From: Oscarella lobularis
Lineage: Eukaryota
Reading direction: 5' to 3'
DNA: 64,000 nt
NCBI RefSeq assembly: GCF_947507565.1
Contig: NC_089177.1
Location: 490,648 to 554,647 of the forward strand
Part shown: in pieces, positions 1 through 16,022 of the stretch
Numbering within the stretch: position 1 is the stretch's first letter
Layout of the letters: every line of letters begins with the position of its first letter
The notes under the pieces: model-generated
Told to the model about the DNA's origin: nothing
Seen by the model: the letters and a program-made list of their open reading frames with translations, nothing else
The model's database searches: none
Position numbers and translations under genes: made by a program

Positions 1-2622
<2,622 letters not shown>

Positions 2623-3712
2623 GTGACATTTTTTGTCTCCGTGCGTGCCCCTTCTGTGTACTGTATATACTTTGGTGGTCTGCGGTGCGTGGGCGCGCCT
2701 ACGTGTTGACGTCGGCGAAGAGGACCTCCGGGCGTCGAAACCTTAGCAACGCGAAAAATCCCGCCCCGATCGCCCGACTTCCTCTTCGCAATTACTGATA
2801 TTCCAATGAGAATTGACCTCCGCTCGCTTCCCTCCGACTAGGTTCCCTTCGGACAAGGATTCTATTTTTGTTCTCGTGCATACCCGCCCTTTGACTCCCT
2901 TTGACGGTGTTCGCTGCCCAGCGCAGCCCACTAAAGTTCACACGATGTTGTCCGAAGCGCACAATAGGCTTCTACGCTCCTTTTCCGGTGTACGAGAGAA
3001 CAATGGGTGTCGTCGCAGACTGCATTCACTGCACGTCGACGCCGCGAAACAGAAACCAGCTCCGAGCTTAGTAGCAGTTTCCAATAGCTAGCGCTTCGTG
3101 CAAGGCGGGCGGCCGACACGTGCGAAGGCGGCAGCGTTGTCGTATCGAGTTCCTACCTCTGCATAATCCAATTAGACTCTCCTCTGCGTCGTGCACACAA
3201 AGCTACCCAGCCTGATCGCCCGAATCGTTCGCATGGAGCTGGTCTCGTCCGTTCGATCGCTTCGAACGACCGACGTATTCGGAGCGAGCGCGGCGAAAGC
3301 GTAGCGCCTGTAGCGTCTATACGATGTCGTAATTAAGTGCCAGCAATTGCGATCAATTACGACGTGTTTTGAGTCAGTTCGGTCGAACCACAACATTGGT
3401 GCTCATCTCCACATTCCGTGCATCCTTGGATTAATTACGCGGAAGCAGTTGACGTTTGGCAAGTGTTGCCCTATTGGCTGTAAGTGGGTGCTCAAGTTAC
3501 ACTCCACGCATTGGCGTGGCGCACTGGCGCCACGGGGAGTGTTGGTAAACACTGATCATTTGCCTTATCTATCAACGACCACACACGCGAGATAATTTCC
3601 AAACCAACGACGCGATGATTCAATAGAGGTCCGACACCCGCGATTTGAAGCCCATCCGCTCGACGCCCGCCCTCATTCGCCGTCTCGTAAGCGCACGAGT
3701 AAGAACGTCGCG

Positions 3713-4498
3713 ATGGATTGGTCACCCTATTACGTTCCCTTCAACGTATCATCACTCTGCTCGAGCGCCTATCATCACCCTGCCTATCGTTATCACCCAT
3801 ACGCAGGCCACCCGGTCGTCTCGCCTACGGCTCATTCGTGGTCGACCGCCGCCGTCGCCGCAGCTGCCGCCGAACAAGCTGATCGCGACATCTACGCGCT
3901 ACTACGACCTCCCTACTCGTATAGCTCCCTGATCGCGCTAGCCATCCAATCGTCGTCGGAGAAGAAGATGACTCTGAGTGGCATCTACAATTTCATTATG
4001 GAAAAATTTCCCTACTACAAGAAGTGCAAGTCCGGCTGGCAGAATTCGATACGACACAATTTGTCGTTGAATGACTGCTTTCAAAAGGTCGCGCGCGAGG
4101 AGGGCGACCCGGGCAAAGGCAGCTATTGGACTATCGATCCCAATTGCGACAAGGCGTTCGAAAACGGCAGCTTTCGACGACGTCGCAAGAAGCGTGCTAA
4201 TAGTAGTCCGGCCCCTGAAAAACCCGCCGCCGCCGTCATCGGCGGCGAGAATGCGCGGAACGCCATCGAAGCCCTACCCCCGTATCTCTCAATGCCTGTC
4301 GCACCTGGACCCGTATCCGGTTACGGCACTGCCCACGGCGAGACGTCATCATCGAGCGACGCTTCCGATTCGGGTTGCGCGAGTCCCGTCTCGTCGCCGC
4401 GACTCGCCTACGGTGCGAGTTTGTCGGGACCGCCGCCAGCGGCGACGATTCAGTCGCGTCGGTACAGGACGTTTTCTGTCGCCGAATTGATGTCGTGA
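3713..4498 (+). CDS. Forkhead-box transcription factor (FoxL-like), single exon.
   Basis: Forkhead domain [15 protein letters not shown]...[76 protein letters not shown]. The subfamily assignment is tentative. Confidence 0.8.
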   Translation: MDWSPYYVPFNVSSLCSSAYHHPAYRYHPYAGHPVVSPTAHSWSTAAVAAAAAEQADRDIYALLRPPYSYSSLIALAIQSSSEKKMTLSGIYNFIMEKFPYYKKCKSGWQNSIRHNLSLNDCFQKVAREEGDPGKGSYWTIDPNCDKAFENGSFRRRRKKRANSSPAPEKPAAAVIGGENARNAIEALPPYLSMPVAPGPVSGYGTAHGETSSSSDASDSGCASPVSSPRLAYGASLSGPPPAATIQSRRYRTFSVAELMS

Positions 4499-5100
4499 GT
4501 CGGTGTGAACGGAAGCCCTCACATTGTACAAAGACCCCCTTCCTTTTACTCAGATGAAAGTGCTTATATTTAATCGAACACGCTAATAAGACAATTTGCA
4601 TGGTTGAGCTGACCTTCTAACAGCATTTTGTGTACGAAAGGTTTCGACGAACAATAGTTTATTCAAATTTGAGCTTCCCTCTGACGCCAATCAGAGCGAT
4701 TACTAAGTGGCGAACTCTGCGTGCATTTTATATTGTGTTGTGGCAGCTGCGCTTGTCTAAGAAACCGAATTATCGATTATCAATTGACCGATATTTGATA
4801 AGGTCAGCCAAGGGGACCTCATCATTTGCGCGCGTGCTTGACACGCCACGGCCACGTGTGGCGCGCGCGGAAGGCGCACCCGCTGCGAGTCAGGAAGTCA
4901 TTGCGCGCGTAAAGAATCTAATACACTCGAAGCATCTCGCTTAAACAAACGATTTCCCGCGCAAAACAGTTATAACTACGTTCTCCAGTGGCTCCTTCGG
5001 ATATCTCCCGTGACCACCAAAGCTGCATTACGTCCAGCAGCTCCCATCACGCCGCCACCTGGATTATTCAAAACCAGATAATTAGGTCCAAATGCCACCC

Positions 5101-5101
5101 T

Positions 5102-5136
<35 letters not shown>
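5101..5136. repeat. (CA)n microsatellite
   Basis: cacacacacacacacacacacacacacacacaaacg. Confidence 0.95.
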
Positions 5137-5140
<4 letters not shown>

Positions 5141-5429
5141 ATGTCATGCTGTTTGTACCTGGGTGGGCTCCGCTGCCGCAGAGATAAAGCCCCTTCACGG
5201 GACACCGATAGGCCGGACGCGCGAAATAGAGCTGATCGAGCGACATGGCTCCGTGAAAAATATTCTATGCATGTAATGAATAAAACACTGGCACTTGTCT
5301 GTGACTTGAGGGGATCTCCTACTCCGCCTGTGAGGCCGAAGATGGCTTCGAGGTCGGGCGGTGTCAAAACCTCGCGACCCACAACGGAAGCGGTAAAGCC
5401 CGGCGCATAAACGTCGATCAGATCGAATA

Positions 5430-7768
5430 CTACAAAGAGAGGCGATAGGGTTGATATATGTACTGTATCTTCGTCAGACCTCTGTCTGCAAACGCGTTCT
5501 TCGTTTCGTCGGTCCACGTCGCCGCGTACGGCGTGTATTGAACGAAGAGCGACGCTACGTGTTTTCCCGGCGGAGCCAGCGTCGAATCGAGCACGGACGG
5601 AATCGTCATTTCGACGAGCGGCACCGTCGACGCGCGACCGCACTCGGCGTCGAGATAGGCGCCGTGGAGACTTGCCATCGTCTCGCAGCCCAGATGGATC
5701 GTGCAGGCGAGATGAGGCCCCGGTCGAGGAAGCGTCGCGAACGACGGCAGACGATCGAGAGCGACTAGGAGGGCAAAAAAAAGATGGGATTTCACCAACA
5801 AAAAGTATCATCAAAGGTACCGTTAATCTTCGTGACAGGTGAGCGATAATCAATGCCACTGATCTCCTTTCGAAAGCCTTCAGGCAACGCTTCCTAGACC
5901 AGTTACATTCCCTCCCCCGCCGAATTCCTGTCCTTTTTGTCTCGATTCACCTTTGCTACGAGTCTTCCGAACGTCACCTCCGGCGTCGCGTTAGACAAAA
6001 CAACGTTGGCCCTTATTTCCGTTCCATCTTCGAGCAACACCCCGCGCGCCGCACCGGTGCGATCATCCGTCAAAATCGACGTGACAGGCTTCAACGTCAT
6101 GTGCAGCAAAGGCGATGAATTAGACAAAAAAGAGCACCGCAATTCGCTGACTGACTGACCGCATTTGTTTTTATGGTTGCGCCGAGCGTCTCCGCCGCTT
6201 TGGCCAACGCCGCCGACAGGCCACCCATGCCACCCTCTACGAAGCCCCATGCGTTTCTAATACCGTCCACTTCGCCCGAGACGTGATGGAGCAGAACGTA
6301 TCTGAGAATTGAGACAATTCGTATTTCGGAAATTGAAAAACGCGTTCAGTCTTCATTTACCCCGTGCCCGCCGAGTATGGACTCAGCGACGCGCCTATGA
6401 CGGCGTCCGTTGCTAGCGTGCATTTTAGCGGCTCCGATTCAAACCACGAGTCTAAGAACTTTTTTTTTGCACGGTGACCCCCAATCTCTCCCAAGCGCTA
6501 CAGAACCCATAAACCTTTGCAGCTGGAGACGTCATCAATTTGTACAATTCGACCGAATCTTTTCCAAGGTTCCGAACTAAAAAAAGAAGCTAGTTCCACT
6601 TCCGGTTTTCACATCCGGTGCTCGTACTAACTCGCTCTAAATAGATTCGACGCTGAGGCGAGCGTTTCGAGCCGTTCAACCCAGCGCCCCGACGCCAATC
6701 GCGAGAAATCGGGAGGCGGCAGATCGACGAGAGGATCGAGAGAATCGACTGCGGGAGAAAAGAAAAAGGCGCGTCAGCTGTTCGTGGAATGCTCGCGTGG
6801 CCGGGAAGTGAAGAACGCGCGTGGTTAGCATTGTCAACAAATAAGTGGGGCGAGAACACCCGCGAAAATGAAAGAGACGCGCAGTAAAGTAAACGAACGA
6901 TAACGACAGCCCATCCCATACGAGGAAAGACTTTAGATGCGATCCGTTCAAGACCAACAAAGCGAAGGACAATTGACATATCCAATTAGCGTGCATTTCT
7001 CTCACCAAATCGCCTAAGGAGTTCCTCGTATCGATCATAAGCCTTCGAAAAGGGAACGACAAGAATGCGCGGCATTTGAATCGGTTAGGTTAGTTGCGTT
7101 TAGAGAGAGAGACGACGAACTTGGGCGTCGTTCGGCGAGAATTTCGCGATCTCGCGCGCGTTCGGCTCCGCGTCCAAGCCGAGTAGCAGATACTTCGTCG
7201 AGTCGGCGAGCGGCGTGAACGACGACGGATTACGAAGAAAGATCTTCAATCCGCATTCCTCCAATAAATAAATAAATAAATAAATAAATAGTATACCCCA
7301 TATCGCCGGTTCTGGTTACTTTGAGTCGAAGGTCGTTCACGATCTTAGGACGAAATAGACTGAGAAGGTACGATGCTCGGGAAAATTTAAAGCCTTTTTT
7401 TCAGGGTTATACGGTTCTGACGTGACTTTTATTTTTCTCTCTACCGGGTACGATTTCTTCAGTGACGGCCGCTCCTCCAACAATGTGCCGTTTTTCGAGT
7501 ACAGCGACGTTGATTCCCGCCTTTTGGAGGTATCCCGCCTTGAGAGGAAGAACCCGTAAGAGAAGGTGATGCTTCGCGGTTACGGCAACTTACAGCCACC
7601 AGACCGTTGTGACCTAAAGCACAGAAATGTACTAAAGCGAGCACTCTTCTATCCTATCTGCTGACCAGCTCCAACTACAACTGCGTCGTATTGACTCTTC
7701 AGTGGCGTTTCGTTGTAAGAAGCGCGACTGGAAAAGGCTCTGCATCGCTGAAGAAATCTCGACGACAT
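5430..7768 (-). CDS. PYROXD2: Pyridine nucleotide-disulfide oxidoreductase domain protein 2-like (PYROXD2), multi-exon.
   Basis: On the minus strand: [11 protein letters not shown] | GHNGLVAV | [31 protein letters not shown], then [43 protein letters not shown] and LFVQYTPY...W.DE.K. These are separated by short GT-AG introns. The in-frame ATG is at 7768-7766 and the stop at 5430-5432. Confidence 0.7.
7263..7291. repeat. (AAAT)n microsatellite inside a PYROXD2 intron
   Basis: aaataaataaataaataaataaataaata. Confidence 0.9.
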
Positions 7769-7817
7769 GAATAAGAGTTCCCGGATTATTTATGGAATAC
7801 GCCTCGTGAAAAACAGC

Positions 7818-9810
7818 ATGGTTCACACTCTCGTCGACATTTGCCTACGTTCGGTTGGCCAGTGCATTGGCATACTAAGCCAAGTGCGTCGTTTCTTGCC
7901 GTGGAAGGACAAGGAACGGCTGATCGAGCGAATGTGCAGCCATCGTCTCTTTACGCCCACTCTCCTGCCCTCCGTGACGTATCACCTATTCGCACCCGAG
8001 CTAAAAAGCGTCTGCTTGGAGTGGAACGATCAGGTGATCGACGGCGTTCTCGTGCAATTGAGCAAATGCGGTTGCCAGCTCCGTTATCTAAAAATCGACG
8101 GATGCAAGAAAATCACAGGCAAGACCGTAACGTCCAAGGTTTCTGATTTTCTATTTAATTCCTCAAACAGACGACGGCATCTCCGCTCTGTTGAAAAGCC
8201 AATTCGAACTCGTTCATCTCGAGTTGAAAAACCTCGCTTCCGGCCTGAAAATGATCGGGTTGAGAGAACTCCACGCGGAAAATCTCGCCTACGTCGAGTT
8301 GAAATCGCTTGACGCGCTCGCCGACGAGACGCTCAAATGCTTCACGGAAAATTGCCCCTGCATAAAGGTCCTTCTACTAAAGAACTGCAGAAAGGTTTCG
8401 TCACTCGGAATAGCAGCCGTCGCTGCCACACTAAAGGAGAGCCTTGTAAGAGATAAAGGGAGTCGACTAAACCTTAGTATATGCACTTTGGCACAGGAGT
8501 GTATAAATTTGACTGGAGTTCATGACGTTTCAGATGATGCTATATTGGCTTTGGCCGAGCATTGTCCTAATTTGACGAAGGCGTTATGTCATGGATGCAG
8601 CCGTGTGAGTGGATCAGCTTTTGTTAAGGTGAGCCTACAATCCTAAGATCTTTATCTTGTTATTATTTATTCATTTCTAAGCTTGTTGAAGCGACGAGCG
8701 TTGCGAGTATTGAGCTCTCGTTTTGCTTTGGGGTGTCTGACACCGACATCTTGTCACTGGCCAAATCGCCCGTCATTCGATCTCAACTAAAGTGCCTAGA
8801 ACTGTACGGTCTTCAGATTATGGAGTCGACGCTAATTCGAGCCTTGGGCGACGGCGGCTTGAACCGACTCGCTGAACTTCACTTGTCTAGCAGTGTGTCC
8901 GTAACGGATGCAGCCGTTGAGACAGTGAGTACTTCTTGGCAATTTTTGATTAATTTTAGTCGATTATTTTTAGATTGTTTCTCATTGTGGAGATCATTTG
9001 GCTGTGCTGGACCTGAGCACGTGCTCGCAGCTCACCGATCGCTGTTGCCAGCACGTATCTCGTCATTGTCGCGTCTTGCAGAATATCAACTTTTCTCTGT
9101 GCTCGGAAATTACGGCTATAGATCTGCTCCCGCTTATTCGAGATCGGGAGAGAGGAGAAAAAATTAAAGTGCTGACCTTTACTGGCTGCCGACGGGTAAG
9201 GAGAATTTAATCAATCAATTGATCAATGACTTCTCCTTTTTCACTAGATATGTTTGGAATTTATTAATGCTATAGCAGATCACTGTCCGTTTATTGAAGT
9301 TTTGTTGCTTGCTGGCGTTGCAGCAGTCGACGATGGGGCACTGCAAGGAATATCTCGCCACTGCAGACAGTTAAGATTTGTTGGCCTCAAGGGATGCACC
9401 CAGGTCTCTACGATTTTTTAAATCTGTGTAACGTCAAATATTTATTGTGTGTACAGGTGACTGACGAGGGTGTCTGCGCTCTTGCTCAGTACTGCCCGCT
9501 TCGTATGCTTGTCATCTCGGGCATTCACGCGCTTACGGATAAGGTGATCTTTTCTCTCGCCTCTCACTGCTGCTCAAGACTTGAAGAAATCTACATGGCT
9601 GGCTGTGCTCAGATTACCCCTGCTGCTGTCCGATATTTGCAGGTAAACGCTTGTACTCCCTCTCCAACCGCTGTACGTAGGTTTTTTTGTGGCTATTGCA
9701 GGATTGCTGCGTGAAGCGACCGTGGGTACATCACAAAATACCAAATGCGGCACCAGACCTACTAATGGCAAAAAACCTGGACACGGGAGAATTTTGTAAG
9801 GTCAGTAGCA
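7818..9810 (+). CDS. Leucine-rich-repeat protein, AMN1/FBXL-like, about 8 exons. Exon boundaries are approximate.
   Basis: The N-terminus MVHTLVDICLRSVGQCIG resembles the AMN1 start. Successive cysteine-containing LRRs follow: CGCQLRYLKIDGCKKITG, ITDDGISALL, CPCIKVLLLKNCRKVS, CPNLTKALCHGCSRVS, LDLSTCSQLTD, LVISGIHALTD, CSRLEEIYMAGCAQIT. The exons are carried by several ORFs in alternating frames. Confidence 0.6.
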
Positions 9811-9982
9811 GCTAGCTGTCCCTCGCGACTGACACTTGATACATACGATAGATAATAAATGTATAATTTAACATGGCAAAGAAAACTATTTGGTGAACAT
9901 ACACGTACAAGGCCAAATGGCAATGAAAAACAGTTCTAGCAAAGGACAACAACACAGTTACTACAGTAGTTCTTATATGGTA

Positions 9983-12900
9983 CTAATACTTCCTCCTCCT
10001 TTTGGGTATAAGCTTGTGTTCAACGACGTCGTTAAAGCTAATGGTCGTCGTTCGCTTGCGCTTGGGCCTTTCCGGGGTTACGTAGTAATTCTCCGGCGCT
10101 TTCAGTATTCCCTGATCGTTTTCATCATTCTTTTTCACCAGCCGTCGAGAGCTACGCTTGATATCCATCGCTACAGGAGCGGGATCAACGTTGACCTTCT
10201 TTCCCCGACGAGTTGACTTCGTGGCAGCCGGCATCAGCGCCGCCACATCCTGACCGGCAGCCGTTCGCGATCGAACTCTCGCGCTCCGCCTCAACGTCGG
10301 CGGATTCTCTTCAGCAGATTCCGGTGCAGCGGCCGCTCGCTTCGTCCTCCTCCTCGTCGTCGTCGTCACTTCAGCAGCCTGTTCCGCCATCGTCTCAACA
10401 GCTAGTGCCGCCGTTTGCTTTCTCGTTGTTCTCTTCTTCGTCACTTCAACAGCAACCGGTTTCGCATCAGCAACTGGTGCTTGCTTCTTCGTCGTTCTCT
10501 TTCTCGTTGTCACTTTGGCAGCAGGTTCGGGTACCGTCGCTACTTCAGGAGCTGGTGCGGCCCCTCGTCTCCTAGTCGCCCGCGTGACCCTCTGCGCCGT
10601 CGCTACTCGAACAGAAGGAGCCCGATTTCGCGCCGATCGTCTCAGGACCATTCCGCCGCCACAGTCCGGGATTGCAAAGAGCGCTGACTCAAAGTTCTTC
10701 TCCGGCGAGGCATCGTTCTTCATCTTTGGCATTCTGAACAATCGCGTCAGCCCATCAAACGCCGAAAGCGACTCTTTCTTCTCTTTCAACGGGCTCGGCC
10801 ACTTCGGCGTAGCAAACATAGTCGGGCAGAAATTTGCCTCGACGTCCTCTTGAGCGTTTTTACTCTTTCGCTGCGGCGTCTTGAACAAATTCGCCTCGTA
10901 CACGTCCTCAACGTTGATTTCCGTCGCGACGGCCTTTTCCTCGACGAGACAAGCTCGTTTTGCAACCGGCGACATAACAAAGTCCGAAGATTTGCGACCG
11001 GAAGCGCCGGTAAATCGAAAAACTGGCTTTGTCGTCGTCGTCGTCGTCGTCGTCGGCGGCGGCTTTTTCAATCGTCTCACACCCTTCAATACCTTTCGTC
11101 CGGCAATCTCCGCTTTCTTTCGCGACACCGTCGATCGCATGATCTCTGACCCGTCAACCGTTTCATTGAACGGAATTCTCTCCACCATCTTTACGCGCTC
11201 AATGGCCGCCGCTTTCTTCTGCGCCGCTCGTCGCAGCGTCATTCCGCCTTCGATCGCTTTACGCAGCGGCGTCTGCATCTTTCGTTTTGCGCGTCGCAAC
11301 AGAGACCGAGCCGCCACGCGGCCAATCTCCTCTCGAATCGGAGTAGCGAGACGTTTCTTCTTCTTCAACGATATCCCCGCTTTGATTTCGTTTCTCATTG
11401 GAGTCGCCATCTTTCTCTTCGTCGTCTTCAGTTGGAGTCCCTGTGCAATTGCCTTTCTCAACGGAGTGAGCATACGTTTCTTCTTTGTCTTCAATTCCAG
11501 TCCCTCTTCTATTTCTTTCCTCATTGGCGTATTCATTCGTTTCCTCGTCGGCTTCAAGTTGAAACCCTTTTGAATTTCCTTCCTCATTGGAGTCGCCAGT
11601 CTCTTCTTTGTCTTTCTCAAAGCAACCCCGGCCTTTATTTCTTTCCGAACGGGAGTAGCCATCTTCTGTTTCGTCTTTCTCAAGTCAAGCCCCTCTTCTA
11701 TTTCCTTCCTCATCGGAGTAGCCATTCTCTTCTTCGTCTGCTTCAAAGTCACCCCGGATTCAATTTCCGTTCTAACAGGAGTAGCCAATTTCTTTTTCGT
11801 TTTTCTCAATTCAATTCCCTCTTCTATTTCTTCTCGCATCGGAGTCTCCATTCTTTTCTTTGTTGGCCTCAGTTCAAGTCCTTCTTGAATTTCCTTTCTC
11901 ACGGGAGTAGCCAATCTCTTCTTTGTCTCCTTCAAAGTGATGCCAGCTTCTATTTCTTTCCTCACAGGAGTAGCCATCTTCTTCTTCGTCTCCCTCAATT
12001 CCGTCCCCTTTTCAATTTCCTTCCTCATGGGAGTAGCCATCCTTTTCTTTGTCTCCTTCAATGCAGTCCCTGACTCGATTTCTTTTCTCAGAGGAGTATA
12101 TAGTCTCTTCTTCGTTGGCCTCAATTCGACGCCCTCTTCTATTTCCTTTCTCACAGGCGTAGCCATCTTCATCTTCGTCTCCTTCAAAGGAACGCCCGAT
12201 TCAATTTCCTCGCGCATAGGCGTAGCCATTCTTTTCTTAGTCGCTTTCATTTCCAAACCCTCTTCGATCTCCTTTCTCATAGGAGTAGCCATTCTCTTTG
12301 GAACGGCGCTGCGATCAATTTTTGAGCTATCGGCTTCATCCATTTTCTCATCGTCAAAGTCGAGATGCGGAGGATCCAGCGTTTTCCGGCGAATCTGACT
12401 GCGCTTTGGCGTCTTCAAAAAGCCCGGAGACGATCGTCGGCGTCCATCTGGAGTCCGCCCCAGCTTCACGGGCATCTTCGGTGGAAGATGCTTATCAAAA
12501 TATTCGGGACTCAGCATGGGACCGAAACGAATACTCCGTCGCGGCTCGAAAGCACTTCCGGCATCGACATCATTTACTTGATTCGTGACGTCAACGCTAT
12601 CGGTCTCCATGGAAATGACGTCATCAGTCCCCTCCCCCTCTTCGCACAAGGGCGCAAGCGGACGAAACGAATTGGACGATTTCGGCTTCGGTTTTCTCGG
12701 CGGCGTCGGCGTGCGTCGCTTCTGCTTCGACGACGGTATTTCCTTCAGCGGCGACGCGACGGGGACGTTTTCTCCGGGATATTCGAATCGAAAGTAACGG
12801 TCGGCGATCTTGATCATGTCCTTGTGAGCGAGACGCGCGCGACCCGTCAACGGCTTGTCGTTGACGTACGTATCGTATGCGTTGCTGAGATTCTCGATAT

Positions 12901-13196
12901 CGAACTGAATAGAATCGGGTTTCGCGGTGTGTTACGTTGTGTGTGGGGGCGTGGTTTGCTTACCGTTTTCTCCGCGTTCGCAGTCAATTTTGCGTGCTCT
13001 TGCGCGACTTTTGGCAGTTGAACGCGTATGTCGCAGTCTCTGTCTCTAATGCGAGTAGGAAATCGTTTGCTAGAGAACGCATTGCGTTGTTATGTTCGAC
13101 CTACCTGCCGAATAAGCAGATGTCAGCCGAAATGGGGAAAGCGCGGCCATCTCGACCGTTGCGATGAATGATTACGACGTTTCCAATGACGGACAT
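9983..13196 (-). CDS. MKI67: Ki-67-like proliferation marker protein. Exons (minus strand): 13105-13196, 12964-13045, 9983-12904.
   Basis: Exon 1 starts at ATG 13196 and reads MSVIGNVVIIHRNGRDGRAFPISADICLFGR, like the Ki-67 FHA start MWPTRRLVTIKRSGVDGPHFPLSLSTCLFGR. Exon 2 reads DCDIRVQLPKVAQEHAKL. Exon 3 reads FDIENLSNAYDTYVNDKPLTGRARLAHKDMIKIADRYFRFEYP, followed by a long array of KKRMATPMRKEIEEG(L/V)ELK repeats that carry S/T-P-x-K/R CDK sites, and a basic C-terminus. Confidence 0.7.
11150..12300 (-). repeat. Coding tandem repeat array: about 24 copies of a 48-nt (16-aa) unit, T-K-K-R-M-A-T-P-M-R-K-E-I-E-E-G.
   Basis: The repeated peptide units are visible in the 955-aa ORF. The opposite strand shows shadow ORFs. 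Confidence 0.85.
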
Positions 13197-13338
13197 GCCG
13201 AGAATTTGGCGAGAAACAACTAGCAGACGCAGTTACTGCCAGTTAGTAGTTTGAATTGACGGCTGCGCGCTCGCTGGCGTCTGATTGGTCCGCTCGTCGG
13301 TGCTTCAACGCCCGTAGGCACGGGACTTGGGAAGCCAA

Positions 13339-14990
13339 GATGGCAGACGTACGAACTCTCGAACACGCGACTTTGAAGGTACAGCAAAGATTCTATTCAA
13401 CAAAACGCATTTAAAACACTACTCGAAACGCTTTGGAGTTCCTTTTATTCGAATTCGTCACGTTTCTAGGTTCCTTACGAACTTCTCAACAAAAAATTCC
13501 GCATGTCGCAACGCTCTATCGACCGCGAAATAACCTACGTAACGACAGCGGCTAACGAACTAACAGATCGGCTCATAAACGACGGGCGCAAGATGAGAAT
13601 TTCCGAAGCGAAGACCGCAATCACGGGCGTGGTGGAAAAACTTCAAAACCTCAAAAGAAAAGTACACACAGAAAGGACGCGCATGGCATAGAACGACGTG
13701 CCTTTGTTCGCGTAGGCGGAGGAGTGCTTCGATCAGGAAGACGAATGCCTTCGTCTGTGCAAAACGCGTATCAGTCATTTGGAGGAATATGCGTCTTCCG
13801 ATGGCGGTGTCACGGGCGTTTCGTCAAGCGACGTGCGAGCGTGGAAGGAAAAGAGAATCGATCGGATGCTCGTTGATCATTGTTTGAGATCGGGGTTTTA
13901 CGACACGGCGTCTCTATTGGCTAAAGAGGCTGATATTGAGGTGAGAGAGTGTGTGTTGGGGGCTATTGAAAATTTTTTCTTAGAATCTGGTTGATACGGA
14001 AGTGTTTATGGTGTCAAGAAAAGTTGAGGAGGCGCTGAGGAGACGGGAAACGGGACCCTGCTTGGCGTGGTGCTACGAGAATCGATACAAATTGAGAAAA
14101 ATAAAGGTGAGACTGACTATGAGGTAGTGGGAAAAATTGCTCCTCAAGACTCGTTTCCGCGCAGAGCACACTAGAATTCAATGTCAAAGTACAAGATTTT
14201 GTAGAGCTTGTTCGATCGAGGCGAACAGCAGATGCTTTAAAGTAATTAAATAACTGTATTAATTTTCTCAGCGATCAACTACATGTAGATACGCAAAGAA
14301 GTACTTCAGCTCAGTGGAGGAGAGTCTTCTAGGAGAAATGCAATCTGTCATGGCTCTTCTTGCATTTTCAGACAGCACTCAGTGTCCTCCATATAAGGTA
14401 TGATTACTTGCTATATTAGCTTATCATCGTTTCATACACGTAGAGACTGTTTGATGAAAGCAGATGGCGTCTTCTCATTGATCAATTCCGTCAGGACAAT
14501 TTTTCCTTGCATCAGCTCAACGGCCGCTCACTGCTCTCCGTAACGCTCCAGGCTGGATTGACAGCTCTCAAAACGAGGTAGCAAGTGCATGAAAGACAAC
14601 TTTTAGTGTATCACACGAGATCCATATCAGGCAATGCTACAAGGAACAGGAACGGAATCCCGAGTGTCCGGTCTGCATTGCACCGCTCAACGAATTGGCT
14701 CGTCCTCTTCCCTTTGCTCACTTCAGCCAATCCCGTCTCATTTGTGCCATAAGCGGGCAACGCATGGATGAGCACAATCCCCCCATAGTTCTTCCCAATG
14801 GTCAAGTGTACAGCAAAACGGTGATAACAGTCTAGCACTTGCCCACTTGACTTCCCTAGTCACTTGACTATATGTGTTCTCATAGGCTCTGGCTAGTGCT
14901 GCTGCTCATTCAAGTGAGAACAAGGTCACCTGCCCCAAAACGCAAGAACAATTTCACATCAACGATGCGAAAAAGTTATACATTATGTAG
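13339..14990 (+). CDS. MAEA: MAEA/GID9-like E3 ligase subunit (LisH-CTLH-RING-Gid). Exon 1 is 13339-13377 and exon 2 is 13470-13661. Further exons run to the stop TAG at 14988-14990.
   Basis: The spliced product reads [13 protein letters not shown]|[21 protein letters not shown]...[18 protein letters not shown]...[23 protein letters not shown]...[52 protein letters not shown]. Confidence 0.8.
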
Positions 14991-15227
14991 TTAACTGCAA
15001 ATACAACAAGAGATGTATAGTTAGATTACTGCTATTTTGTTCGTACGTCTACGTAGCTAGGTAGTTTTGGCTCGCAAAGGAATTGCGTTTCGTGTTTTGT
15101 CAAAGACGTAGTTGAATAGAGCGAGAACGCCATGACGTCGGCTTCGTTTGCCTGACAAGAGATTGTCACTTGGATCAAGGCTCACTGCAAAGAAACGGTA
15201 TGATAAAAACTAAAACTGCACTTTCTA

Positions 15228-15915
<688 letters not shown>

Positions 15916-16022
15916 TGACCTAGCGTGCGCTTCGTTTCGTCATGCTGACATCATGCTGACATCACACGAGCCAAAATATTGAATTCCCTACACGTGTTCT
16001 TCTCGTGCTACGGTTCAACTGG

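Noticed and set aside
5068-5859. 263-aa minus-strand ORF
   Set aside because: It spans the (CA)n microsatellite and overlaps PYROXD2 terminal-exon sequence in another frame. It has no recognisable domain and has the composition of a GC-rich shadow ORF.
10213-12398. Several plus-strand ORFs of 90-230 aa
   Set aside because: They are antisense shadows of the Ki-67-like tandem repeat and give low-complexity S/L/F-rich translations that repeat with the same 48-nt period.
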